Below are positions 51,129 to 64,000 of a stretch of 64,000 nucleotides of DNA, piece after piece. Source of the stretch: Octopus vulgaris (Eukaryota); the NCBI GenBank assembly GCA_951406725.2, contig OX597843.1:20956001-21020000 (forward strand). The letters run 5' to 3'. The translations under genes and the position numbers were made by a program. The first letter of the stretch is position 1. The number at the start of each line of letters is the position of its first letter. The notes beneath the pieces were generated by a model. It was not told the DNA's origin and ran no database searches. It saw nothing but the letters and a program-made list of their open reading frames with translations.

Positions 51129-51974
51129 AAGAAGAAGAAGAAGAAGAAGAAGGAGAAGATGATGATGTTGATTATGATGATAACGATGATGAGCAACAAC
51201 AACAGTAACAACATTAAAACAACAATAAGAGAAGTGGCAGAAAATGTAGGAGCTGAAGAAAAGAATGATGTAAAAAATAATGGAGAAACGAAGGAGTCTG
51301 TCATGAAGAAAACTTAAATATAATATTTCTGATCTTATAATAATTCTGCTTGTCATTATGTTAATTAGACCGTCGGTAACGCTTTCTCGTGATTAGAGAA
51401 AAAGAGGGAGAACGAAAAAGAGCGAGAGAGAAATGTCCATGACCTGAGGTAGAAGGAACGTGACTGTAATGCTTTCACGTCATTAGTTGAATGGAAAGAG
51501 AGACCAAGAGAAAGAAAAACGAATGAGAATACGAAAGTAAGTCGAAGAGTGGGGCAGAAAGAGAAGGAGAGGGAGAAAAGGGGAGACAGAAAAAACCGAG
51601 GGAGAAAAAGAGGAAGAGGACATGTGGTAGGGGGAAGGTGATATTTATTACGTGACGAAAAAGTTAGTTGAAGGTAGTGATATTGAGGAGGGTTACGAAT
51701 ATAATTTTAGCAGAACGGTGATGTTCTGATGGTGAGATTAAAGGAAGGCAGATAATCGATAAAAAGATAGATAGATAGAAAAACTGTAAAAAATGAGAGA
51801 AAGGGGAGTGAGAGACAGTGGTAGTGGTGGTAGTGGTTATGGTGGTAATTGTGATTGCATAATGCAAAGTAACTTTTCATATATATATATGAATATATAT
51901 TTATATATATATATATATATATATCTATGAATATATATTTATATATGTATATACATATATATATATATATATAT

Positions 51975-54900
51975 ATTACAATTAAGAAATATATACACAT
52001 TATAATTAAAATATATATATTTCAATTAAAATAAAGTTGGACACAGTAAATTCCATCTCTGCAAGATTCCAGTTGATATTGTTACTGCTTCTCATACACT
52101 CTGCCGTTAGTTGTGCTTTGTGCTACGGCAAGATAGAAATTCGAAGTTTACGGTTATTTAGTCCTTGTTCCAAAGCTGTGCTTTGAACAATGGATAAAGG
52201 ATAATAGATGCTACTCGCGAGAGGGCTAGGCACTACAGGCAGCAGATAAAAGAACAGCGGTAAGAAACCAGAGAAAGGGACAAATGGTACCAACAGATGA
52301 GACGATCTGCAACAGACTAAGAGCAACGCAAGGCATAATTGTTGTGAGAGAGAATGCGAGACCAAGGTAGAAGACAGGATGAGGAAGAACAAACACAGTA
52401 CAAGAAACAACAAAGATTGATATTTCAGCGGAGAATGGAAGACATGAATGATATGCAGTGTGCGCAGTATCAAGACCAACAGAAAAATGTTATGTAACAG
52501 AGAAGAGAGAATATGGATGATTTGGAAAGGGCTGCTTGTCTCCAAGGTCAAACAGAGAGACATCAAGATGGAATTGCAAGTATGAATGCTGAACAGGTGT
52601 TACGTTTGCGAGATGAACAGGTACAACGAAAGCGTGAAGGAAGACATGGACTACCACTGAACTGACTCAATAATCCTAAACGAACCTATCGTATCGGTGA
52701 TATGTACTTATATTGCGAGTATTGTGGAGCACTTAGCTTTAAATATGAAAACTTTATGTACTGTCACAATAAGAAAGTGAATTTTCCTCCACTGCAACTA
52801 AACCCTCAGACATTGAAGCGTTTGTCTGAGAAAATTACCAAGAGTCTGCTTCATTTCGAAAAGAACATCAGCAATTACAACTGCATATCTTCCTTTACGT
52901 CATTTGGTGTGAAACTCTCTGTGCCACAAGGAAGAGGTCTACATTGTTTCTGTATTGTTGTGGAAGGATTCCGACAACCTTCCAATTGACTAAAAGGGAA
53001 CTGACACATTCCTATTAAATAGACAACTGTCGAGTCTTCAGTAATTAATTGGTAAATAGTTCACTGTGGGCCATTGACAGAGAGTGTTGGGTAATCGATT
53101 CGCGTCGTGTAAATACTTCCTTTCCCCCTTGTTCCTTAAATTAACTCTACAGACAGAAGCAGAAGAATGCCAGGGAACACGACGCAGAAAAAGGGAAGAA
53201 AAAGATTGCTCTCATATTCCAGTGTCTCCACCGTAACGGATAAGAAATAAGAGAAAAAATGTCAAGAAGGAGACCATGTTGTGGTCTACATTTTAAAAGT
53301 AACTGCCCGTTTAAAATCCAAAAACGACATTTTATCAAAACGTTTCAGTGAAAGAAGTTCTCTGCTAAATAGTTGAGGATAGTTTTATATTTTGTCCCAA
53401 AACATGAAGATTTCGTCACCTGTGCCGAGGCTGTTAACGGAAAGTGTAAATAATTCAAATTATATGTATTAAGATGCTGTTCAAATGCATATTTTTTGTT
53501 TAAGGCCTAACTGAAAGCAAAGATGGAAATATATGTTCACGGATGTCAACAAAATTAGAACTGGACAAAAAGTAACTCTACAAACAGAAGCAGAAAAATG
53601 TCAGGAAAGACGACGCAGAAAAAAATGAAGAAAGCGACGCCCAAAACGAAATTGAAGAAAAAGATTGATCGCATATTCCAGTGTCTCCACCGTAACGGAT
53701 AAGAAATAAGAGAAACAAATGTGAATATCGAATCCATGTTGTGGGTGCGGTGGTCAACATTTTAAAAGTAATTGCCCGTTTAAAAATATAAAAGGCGTCA
53801 AATGTGGCAAGAGAGATCATAAAAAAATCACACTGTAGAACAAACCTGGAAAACAGTTCAACAGAAAGAAAACACGAAAACAGGTTATCGGTGACCAAAA
53901 ACCGAACAGCCTCAAAGGAAATTTGTGTACGTAAAGTTACAACTAGATAAGGGCAGTGATATCTCGATAATTAACACAGATACATAGAAAAAAGAGAGAA
54001 GACCTAGATTAAAAGACATTTCGAAAATTGCAGGTGGAAAATAATTACATTTTAATGGCGTAATGATAAATCACGTTCTATTTCGTGGGAAAACCTTAAA
54101 AACCAAAGGTTTTGTGTTGAATAATATCACAAATTTATTCGGAACACTGAACAGAATTGTTTAACTTATGGGAACTCCCCATAAATCTTTTCAGTAAAAA
54201 TGTGAATGGTTTTCTTGCCAATACAAATGAATCGTCGGACGATTTGTAAAAATAATTTCAAAAGATTTTTCCTAAGTTCTCTCTGATAAATTAGATCTCA
54301 GCATCACAACGAAAACGAAGTTCCAAGTAAAAGTAAATGCCAAACCGGTATTTAAATATAAACGAACTGTAACTTTGGCATCGTTGGAACAGATAAACTT
54401 TTGCATCGTTAGAAACAAATAATCAAAATCAGAGTGTATGCTGATTTTTTCCACTGGTTTAAATGAGTGTCTTAAAACGTTCCACTATCAGCTACCTACC
54501 CTGGGGGATATATTTGTAAAATTAGACGGTGGCAAGGTATATTCTTAATTCGATATCTCTGATGCGTACCTACATCTTAGAGTAGACGATGAATGCTATA
54601 AATACCTAAAAATTAATGAACATATATACACAACATGTTACTATGTGTCTGAAATGTCACACCGGTGGTTTTTCAACAGCTTATGGATGCAGTGTTAGCG
54701 GATAGTGAATTTGCATTTCCATATCTGGATGATATACTCATTAAAAGCGAATCACGGGATCAACATGTAGAGCAAGTAATATATATGTTCGAAAAAATTA
54801 GGGATTACATTGAAAAAGAAAGCGTGAATTTTCTTCTTAACAAAAATAAAATTGGACAAACAATTGAAAGAAATGGACGAGGACCAGATCCGTTGAAGGC

Positions 54901-57900
54901 AGACGCAATTAAATACATGCCCCCCCCCCCCCCCGACAAATATAATGACCTTACATGATTGCTTTGGCAAATTATTACCAAAATTATATTCTAAATATGC
55001 ATAGGGTAAGTGTTACAGTAGATTATGTATTTAAAAAATGTCAATTGAAATTGCTCTGAAAATTGTCAAAGGGATTTCGACGAAATTTTAAAATATTAAC
55101 ATCTGATTTGTTGTTAGCACGCTTCGATTCTGTAGCGAAGAATGTTGTAACTTCAGATGCCTCTGAATACTGTATCGGCGCAGTAATGCTACATAAATAA
55201 AAAGATGGTAACATGAAGGCGGTGGTTCTTGATATCAGCAGAAAATATTACAGCCAAATCAAAAAAGAGGCTCTTGTAATTATTTTTGCCGTAAAAAATT
55301 GCATAGATTTTTACAATTCAGATGTTTTTGAATACAGACAGATCATCGTCCGTTATTATCAGTATACGAGTAAAAGAAATAAATATCTAGCCGTACTGCT
55401 AATAGGCTGCAGCACTGGGGTACTGTATTATTAAACTATGAATTTAAGAAAGAGTATATACCATCTAAATAATTAGGACACGCTAATTGTTTATCAAGAC
55501 CGATTTCAGAAAATGCTGAAGCATTTGAAGATACCGTGATTGCTACTTTGCGAGCGGAAAATGAAATTAAAAGCAAACTGTATAACTCCATGCGTGAACT
55601 GCTATTTACGTTACAGGAGATAAAATTACAATTGGGAAACGATATATTCATTAAAAAATGAAAGAAATGCAGAAGTGTTAAAGAGATGAAAAATATTCGA
55701 GCCTATCACAAAGGAATTTCATATTGAGTCAAAGGGATTTCGATAATGAAATCGTTAATGAGAAGTTAGGTATACTGGCCAACAACGGACTGTAACGTTG
55801 AAGATATAGTGATAGTATGCAATACGTTGTTCTCTAGCTCCAAATACACCCTTCACGAAATGGCACCCGTGGCCAAAATCACTTAAGGTTTCATATCACT
55901 TCGTTATGGGGGAGTGTTTTTCAACGTGGTCTGAAGTGCATTAATATAGAAAGCCGACATCTTTGGTTACAGTGATATTCGATCTTTGTCAGAAAGATCA
56001 GATCCATCTTTGATCAGCCGAAACCGAGTGAAAATATAAAAAAAGGAACAATATTTCAAAATTCTTCAAGTTAGGTGACAATGTTTTTTAAAGACCTATA
56101 GATATAGTAAAGAAGGCTGGGAGGATGGTACAATTATTAAATAAATTGCAAGAATGATATTCCTGGTAAAAGGTAAAACAAATATCGAACATAAAAGACT
56201 TATTAACCAACTTAAAACCTGATTCAAGGAAAAATCAGACAAAAGAAGTGAATTTCTCATGAGAAAATTGCACGACACGTTTGAGGTACTAACACAGAAA
56301 CAATTTGTAATTACACGTTCTTGCACCAGAAAACGAAACGAATGGAAACACAAGAATTGAGCCCTAAGCATAAGAGATATTAAAACTCTGAGCGACTTTA
56401 ATTCTCAAGTGGAGAATTTAGGGGAGACTAATTCTATAAAGGGGAGATGCTGTGGAAAGATTCTGACAACCTTCCAAGTGACTAAAAGTGGTCTGACACA
56501 TTTCCATTACATGGAGAACTGTCTAGTCGTAAGCAATTGATTGTGAACAATTGATTGGTAAGCATTTCCCTATGATCCGTTGGCAGAGAGCGTCGAGTCT
56601 CACGTAATAGTAATCGTATTGCGTCGTGTAAATAGCTTCGTTAAATTATATATCCAATACCAGGATATAGAACGTATTCAGGGCCAAACTTAGCACAACA
56701 CTACGAACTGTCAATGGTCGCTTGCAGTACAGTCAGTTGTATATTATTAATGCATCACAGAGTGGAAGCAAGTCAGAACTCCCAAAGCTCTTCTCAAAGA
56801 ATGGGTGTCATGTGCAACAAGTAAATCCTTAGGCTGAGTTATATGGGAACATGCACTTAATTGAACAACAAGAGATTGGAGGCCAGTCGTGAATATGTAC
56901 AATTACGAAAGTGTGAAATACGTTTCAAAAGAACGGGATATATAAGGCGATACAATTTTTCCCCTAGCAATGAAATAACTGCACCCTGAAAACCCTAATT
57001 GCCATGAGAGAGAAAATAATCTGCAGCGAAATAAGACTTTTGAAAACCGATGTATCATTGGATTTCTGAAGGATATGGTGGACAGACATGTATTTGGTGT
57101 AAGAGTAACTCATGTCCGTTTCATTGAGTTTCAAAAGAGAGGACTTCCACACTGCCATATGCTCGTAGACAAAGTGAAGATCAGAGATGATATAGACAGA
57201 ATGGTACCAGCAGAAATTTCTGATTCAAATGATGACCCCGTCTTACATGATTTAATTTTAAAAAATTCATGAGACTTAGAACTTATGGTGTTGATAACCC
57301 CTCATCGCAATACATGGGGAATGGCTCTTGCCAAACAAAGTTTCCCAAGAACTACAGAAATGAGACACTACTAAATATTAATGGATATCCAGAGTACAGG
57401 AGGCACAATAAATGGATCACATCACAAGTTGGATGCCATTCTTTTAACAACTGGTATGTCGTTCCATTCTATGCTTACCTATTAAAGAAATTCCGAGCTC
57501 ATATCAACGTTGAAGTTTGCTCATCTGTAAAAATGTCAAGTATATATGCAAGTATGTCTAAAACGGTCGTGATAGCGCTTCAGTTGAAGTAAGGAATGAT
57601 GCAGTTGCAGAAGGTGGACAGACTCAGCAACCCCAAGGCTAAATCAGAAATTATTTTGCGTGTTGATATGTTTCACCTTCTGAAGCCTTATGGAGAATGT
57701 CTACGTACAAGCTGCATGACTAGTCCCACACTGTCTACAGTTTAGCAGTTCACTTTGAAGACCAGCGGAGACTGAGCTTTCACATAGGTAGCACTTAGCA
57801 ACCTGCTCAAGAACAGAGAGATCGTGACAATACTCTCACTGCATGGTTCAAACTGAATGAGCACGATTAACGGAAGTACTTGTACCCTAACATTCCTATG

Positions 57901-58540
57901 CGTTATGTGTTTAATGAACGTCCAAAAACCATGAACACTCAGGAGAAAAATCAATACCATCGGCTGCAGAATGAACACAGTGAGTCCTAAGGACGTAAAA
58001 AAAATTTCATTTACGATTGCAATTTCGGATGTTCCAGGTGCTGAGCGCTTTGAGAAGTGAGCACTGTAGGAGGTGAAATCTATGCAACATTTAAAGATGC
58101 GTACATATGAGTTGGTCTCCTCCAAAATGATGAGGGTTTGGAGGCATACTATACTTGAAGCTACTGCGAATCGGATGCCATTTCAGTTGCGTATTACGTT
58201 TGCTGTCCTCTGCACCTATTCAAGTTCTTCCAATGTTCTTCGCCTGTGGAATACTGACAAGAATTCTATGATGGAAGATTATGCTCACCGAGGGCTGAAT
58301 GCAGACTCTACACTTCATAAATTCTGTGTTTATTGAAAATGGCATTAGCTGGTTTAATATTAGCTTGCTTGAACCAATTGGAATGTAACGGGTTGAGCAG
58401 AAAGATGACATGAAGCACCCACTCATTGCAACCCTTACCAACGAGCAGAAAGGGATCGCCGATGCAGTCATTAAAGCCATTGGTAAGAAAAGGTTGAGGT
58501 GAGATGCTGGAATCTTTCTTTTCTCTGCTGATTTTCCCAG
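51975..58540 (+). mobile_element. Helitron remnant A, copy B, split by Gypsy
   Basis: CEYCGAL...CHNKKV (52702..52989), EFQKRGLPHCHML (57075..57272) and FRAHINVEVC (57269..57592). Confidence 0.88.
52956..56672 (+). mobile_element. Gypsy LTR element, copy B (PBS and gag start deleted)
   Basis: LTR starts at 52956 and 56448. TSD TGTAT 52951-55 / CGTAT 56673-77. YLDD in 54665..54958. Confidence 0.9.
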
Positions 58541-58792
58541 AGGCTGTAACTTCATAAATTCCAATTCAATCCGTACACTTCTGTAAATTTCTTATTTACT
58601 TTTGCAACGTTTTGTGTTTTCTTTTTGTTGTTGTTGAAGGAATTACTGATAAATGTAAGTTCATAATTTACTGCCAGGAGTAACTTCAAACACTTCACTT
58701 AAACCCGCGCACATAGTTAATTTCCCTAAAAATTTCTTAATTACCACATTTGTTTTCAAGTAACCCTCTGTTTTAAATTTCCGGTTTCATAG

Positions 58793-61215
58793 GATTATGC
58801 TTCGTCATTCATACGTACCATCCTTGCTACATTCACCCATCTTTCTTAAAACATTCGCTAGACAAAACTTGCCTCTCTGCTCTCACTTTTTTTTTCAAGT
58901 GATACTTGAAGAGATGATACAAGAAGATGTTGAGAGATTGACCAGAGAGGAAAGTGTTTGTCTCCAATCCTTTCATACGCGTCCACCAGATACATTATTT
59001 CGCCATATGATGAAAATAGCTCTTCCTTTCTGCTTGAAAGAAAGAGGCGTGACAATATTGACGATAGACTCGGCTGTTTAACCGACTCGTCCCACACGTG
59101 ACAGAAGTTGTTCGACATAAGCCCACAGTTCGGAAATGTTTGGACACTGCACGAGTGCGTGCAGAACTGTTTCGTCATTCTGACCGCATCTCGGGCAGGT
59201 CGGCCCCGTGTTCCTCGAGCCGTGTCTGTAGAGCTTATCCCGAAGGAGTAGCGCTTCTCGGTAGCACTGCCAGGTAAAGGATCTCTGGATGCTGTGAATG
59301 GGCGCTGGCCCGAAAGTCGTCCTGAACAGGCGGGTCAGATATTCCTCGTCGACGTCCAGGTTCGCCCCGAGTTCGTCGTCGCACCTCCCCTCCACTAATC
59401 CCCTATAGAATGCTTTGGTTGTGTTGATGTCACTCATGGTCGACCCGGGACGGCATAGTTGCTTGACAGCAACGGGACACTCGCGGTGCCATTCGCCCCT
59501 TCTCGGCCTCTTTTTGATCCACGGCTTCAGTTCGGTCATGGAGATGAGTTCACACCTGTTCACCGTCGTCTACGTAGAGCCTGAGATTTCGCAGTCTCAG
59601 CGCGTGTCTGCGCATCATAAAAAAAGGCATGGCCAGTCCTCCCCTTTAACGGGTGTTGACAGCAAATGGATCGCCTGACCATCGGGACGCATCCTTTCCT
59701 CAAGACGCGAAAGAGAATGCGTTCTAGTTTGGTGCTGGTAGGGTTGGGACAAGGCACGACGGTCAGGCGGTAGTAGATGACGTACGCGATGTACGAGTTC
59801 GCCACCTCCGCCCGACATTTTAGGGACAGTTTCTCTCGGCCCATTGCCGGGCGAGAGTGGCCACCCTGCTCATTATCTCGTTCCACTTCTTCTCCATTTG
59901 GAGGTCTCGCCCAAACCAGACCCCGAGAAACTCGACCGGACCGTCGGTCCAGCGTCCCACGACGGAGGCGCTGGTGGACTGCATGGGCTTGCTTCTCCAG
60001 GTGCCGAATCGCAAGCCCACTGATTTATCCCGGTTGATTTTTGCTCCTGTCACCGCTACGTAGTATTTCAGTGTCTCGCCGACATGCTCGATGTGCTCGT
60101 GGCTAGACACTATGACGGTGTCGTCGTCCGCGTATGCCGACACGCTCGTCACGAATCCCAATTCTCGTGGGATGACCCTCATAGTTGGCAGCTTCCGTAA
60201 TAATGGCTCGAGAGTCAATGCGTTCAGAAGCGACGAGAGGAGGCATCCCTGACGGACATAACGTGCAATGTCTAAAGGTTTCTATAGAAGTCCATTTACA
60301 CGAATTACCGTACAGAGGCCTGTGTACAAAGCGGCTATCCAGCCGCGGAAGACGGGACCGAATCCAGCCGCTCTGAGGACAGCTTCCAAGTATCGATGGT
60401 CTACCCTATCGAAAGCTTTCGATTGATCCAAATTGATCTGCGCTCCACCCGTGCCAGATTCCTTAACTACCCTGTCTATGATGTAGCGCATCAGGTGGCG
60501 GTCGTCATGGATGCTCCGGCCCGGCACGGCGCACGTTTACGCCTTGTCGACCAGTTTCTCGATGACAAGCGCCAACCTCTTGGCTAACACATTGGCCAAA
60601 ATTTTCAAGTCTGCATTCAGCAGAGTAATGGGCCCAAAGTTATCTATAACATTCCCCCTGTTTAGATCTTTCTTCAGCAGTGTTACTGCTCCTCGGATCA
60701 CAAAACCAGGAATGCTCCAGTTTTGCTGCCAGTTGCAGTACACCGCTGCCAAGACGTCTCCAAAATGTCTGGCATACAACTGTAAAGCTCGTGGTGTAGA
60801 CAAACAAAACCCGTCGATTTGTCTTTCGAGCATTCTGCTATCGCGTCCTGCACTTCCGCCGCCCTGATGGCACCTTCGCAGCGCCCTGCCTCTCTTGTCG
60901 AGAATCGTGGTAGGCTGTGTAGGTAGGTACCGAAGTCCACCCTAAGTTCTTGCTCGCCAATAGTCCCGAACAGTTGGGCAAAATGCTGTTGGAAGGCCTC
61001 ACACATTTTACTTGGCTCGAGCAATTCGCGCCCCTGTTCATCTACCAGAGACTGAATGGTGCCATTGTTGCCCTGTTGCGCCTCTGCCACCCGGGCTTCT
61101 CTCGCGGCTCTAACGCCTTCGATCATTAGAGCACGCATCATAGATCTGACAACACACCCTTCGTGTTTGTCGTTGAAGTGTTGGTCGAGGGCCAACCTCG
61201 CCGCCAAAACGTCGG
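58793..61215 (-). mobile_element. Tx1/L1 ORF2 remnant, copy B
   Basis: Same motifs as 21490-23692, plus two segments missing from copy A. Confidence 0.9.
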
Positions 61216-61702
61216 ATAGATAGATAGATAATTTAGATAGAGCGAGAGAGACAGATAGAAACATACAAAGATACATACATACATACTTATATATACATAC
61301 ATACTTAGATAAAAAGAATAATTTTAAAAATCGGTATGCTAATCACGTAGCCATCTTCCGACATCAGGACACAAGCAAAGCTAAGTTCGCTGCCTATTCT
61401 TTATTAACATTTTGTAATCTTTCCAGCCCTTTAATTTAAGAGCTAAAAAGGATTACACTTTCACCTTTTCTACTCCTTCATTTTTAGATTTTTGTGTTTT
61501 CATTTTCTTTTGTTTTAACTTTCTACATTTTCTATATGCTATATTCTCAGTTTTCTCAAGTTTCTTCTCTTATTCATTTTTCTTTAGTTCGTAATGATAT
61601 GTTGTTTGTGCCTGGTGTATTTGTTTGAGATATTCCTCAACATATGAAACTGAACTTAAAGTCATGTACTGTGTCCATTAAATAAATAAATAGTATATAT
61701 AT

Positions 61703-61915
61703 TGTTGTTTGTTCATTCTCGAGCCATGCCTGGCTCATAAGGGACGGGGCACTGGACCTCTGCCGGTGAGCTGCTAGAAGTAGGAGGAAAGAGTGAGAGA
61801 ATGTGGTGGAGCTGAGGAGTTCCGCTCATAAACAAACATCGCATAATCTGAGATTCGAAACCGCGATCCCTCGAGCGCGAGTCTGCTGCTCTAACCACTA
61901 GAACTTCTGCCTCCA
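61703..61915 (-). mobile_element. SINE family 3, copy B
   Basis: Matches 24188-24400. Confidence 0.7.
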
Positions 61916-64000
61916 TATATATATGCTCATGTGCCTCCATATATATATACATATATACACGATGTTGGACCCGGCTTTACTCGTGTTTTCCGTTTAGAAG
62001 TTAAGCCCACCTCTGACCTTGTATTGAAATCTTCTACATTCTCTCTACCAACTGTTACCAATTAAGATGTTATATCTGATTCGGCAGGGATTTTACCCGC
62101 TTAACGCTTTTGACATACTCCTACATACTGGACCGTCTGAAATAGCAGTGAAACGTTTGGGTGTACTTCGACACATTGAGAGTGATGTCTGTTTATTTCT
62201 CCCCCTGAATGTCATTCTTGGTACAAAATTAAGCAGTGTGTCCAATCTGAGTAAAATCTAAAGAAAAGTGGTAAGGTTATGTCATAAAATAGAATCCATG
62301 TGACCATTTACATGAAAATATTCCATTGACATTTTAATCTCAATACGTTATATAAATAACCGACGTTTTATATATTATAATTTTACACACTGGACAATTT
62401 TCTTCAAAATCAGTTCGTTATTTCATTGTGAATGATGTTGACGATTTCTGCCTTTCATCATTTTAATTTTAATGCTACTACATGACTCAGGCCTTAAACT
62501 TTACCTAAAAGTCGAAGTTCATCAAAATCGGATGAATTGTGTAAAAGTTACAGCCTAAAATACTAATCCTATGTGTGATTGCATACAATAAGCCGATTGA
62601 TTTTTTAAAACGCAGTTATCGATTTTTTGTCAACTCTTAATCTGGTATCAACTAATGGAAATGAACTGTAATCACGTGTAAAATTTCTACAAAATCGTTA
62701 ATAATGTCTGTATGCACATTTATCTACACTTCATATTTCATTAAAATCGGATGAAAAATATGAAATTTACGGCCAAAAATAAATCCCCTATGGGTATTTG
62801 CACGCAAAACGTCTATTGATTTTATAAAACCACTGCTCCGGCCCAATTACCTTTTTTTTTCTCAACGTCATATACTGAAATCAACTCACTGCCATGAGCC
62901 TTGCTCACTCATCGACTTTCATTAAAATTGGACAAAAAATGCAAAAGCTGCTGGGAAAATAACATCGTTTTGGGAATATGCGAGGTTAATGAACAAAATT
63001 TTAAAATGTCGCCATTGTTTTCAAATTAGGTTTCACATTTTGTTTGAAAAAATGTGTGGATTACAATGGTGATCACCGATTTCCAAAATTTTCATTTAAA
63101 ACTTTTGTTAATGCCTCGTTCAAAAGCATTGGCCAAAATCGGTACCGATTGGGATTGGGGATTTGAAAAAAATGAAAACACATTCAAACAATTTTTAAAG
63201 ACCTTCCTGCCATCATTTCAAACGTTGAGGTGAAAAAAAAAATGAAAATCATCACCAGGAGTGCAGGAGTGGCTCTGTGGTAAGTAGCTCGCTTACCTAA
63301 TTGAGCATGTGCGAATCAGAGTTGTGTTTGATACTGAAACTATAAAGACGTGTTTTTGAAGCCGTCTTAAATTGAAGATATTTGAAACTCAGCTGTAAAG
63401 TAAGAATTTTTGTGGGTCTAGTGGGGACCTGTTGTCTACCGCAATTATTATTTGCAAACAAGAAGTCCTCACTGGATTCTAGTCTACCTGTAGCTGAGCG
63501 AATATTTTTTCACTTAACTGTGAAAATTATTGTTTTTGTGGGCGTATCCTGCCGCAAAATTTTGTTTGAGAATCGTGTTTGTCCAGGAATAACTCTGGGA
63601 ATTTTTAGAAAAGATTTCAACAATATTGTTCCTGTTAAGGATTACCTATGAGAAGAAAATTGGAATGATTTGCGTTAAAATTTTGGCCTGGAGTACCGAG
63701 TGGCCTTTGCTGTGTTTTGAACTGCTGCTCTGTCTTCACCCCTCTTTTATTTAAAAAAGACTCTTTATTGAACTGTTAATTTTTTCTCCTTCCATTTTGT
63801 TTAGACTATTTTCACTTCCTTCTTTTTCCTTAATTATTTTGTATTTTATGAGGTGTTTTTTTTTAACTTTTATTAAAAGAAACATGGGAAAGAACAATGG
63901 AATGTTGGTGGAGTGGGAATTTATACCACCCAAAAGATGATTAAAAGAACTTGAAAGTAAGACGGTGGTTTTGAGGACCTACTCTAGGATCCTCGACGCC

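Overview
This is AT-rich, microsatellite-dense eukaryotic DNA with no recognisable host gene. The SINE families resemble those I recall from Octopus (inference). The window is almost entirely decayed, nested transposons: a Hero-like RLE LINE, Penelope-like elements (PLEs), an RTE LINE, Tx1/L1 ORF1 and ORF2 remnants, a CR1/L2-like tail, a Gypsy LTR element inserted in a Helitron (5-bp target duplication recoverable), a second Helitron with Pif1 helicase, a mariner fragment and tRNA-derived SINEs. Bases 1-26538 recur in direct orientation at 38937-64000, with a 100-N gap (30648-30747) between the copies. The most notable signal is RNA structure. (i) The Hero LINE 3' UTR holds a hammerhead ribozyme core whose three strands are in a non-circularly permuted order (1008-1059; 39945-39996), with an apparent compensatory G-C to U-A change between copies. 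(ii) Several distinct minimal PLE-type hammerhead motifs are present, many inside long palindromes. All folds were done by eye, and no database search or folding software was run.
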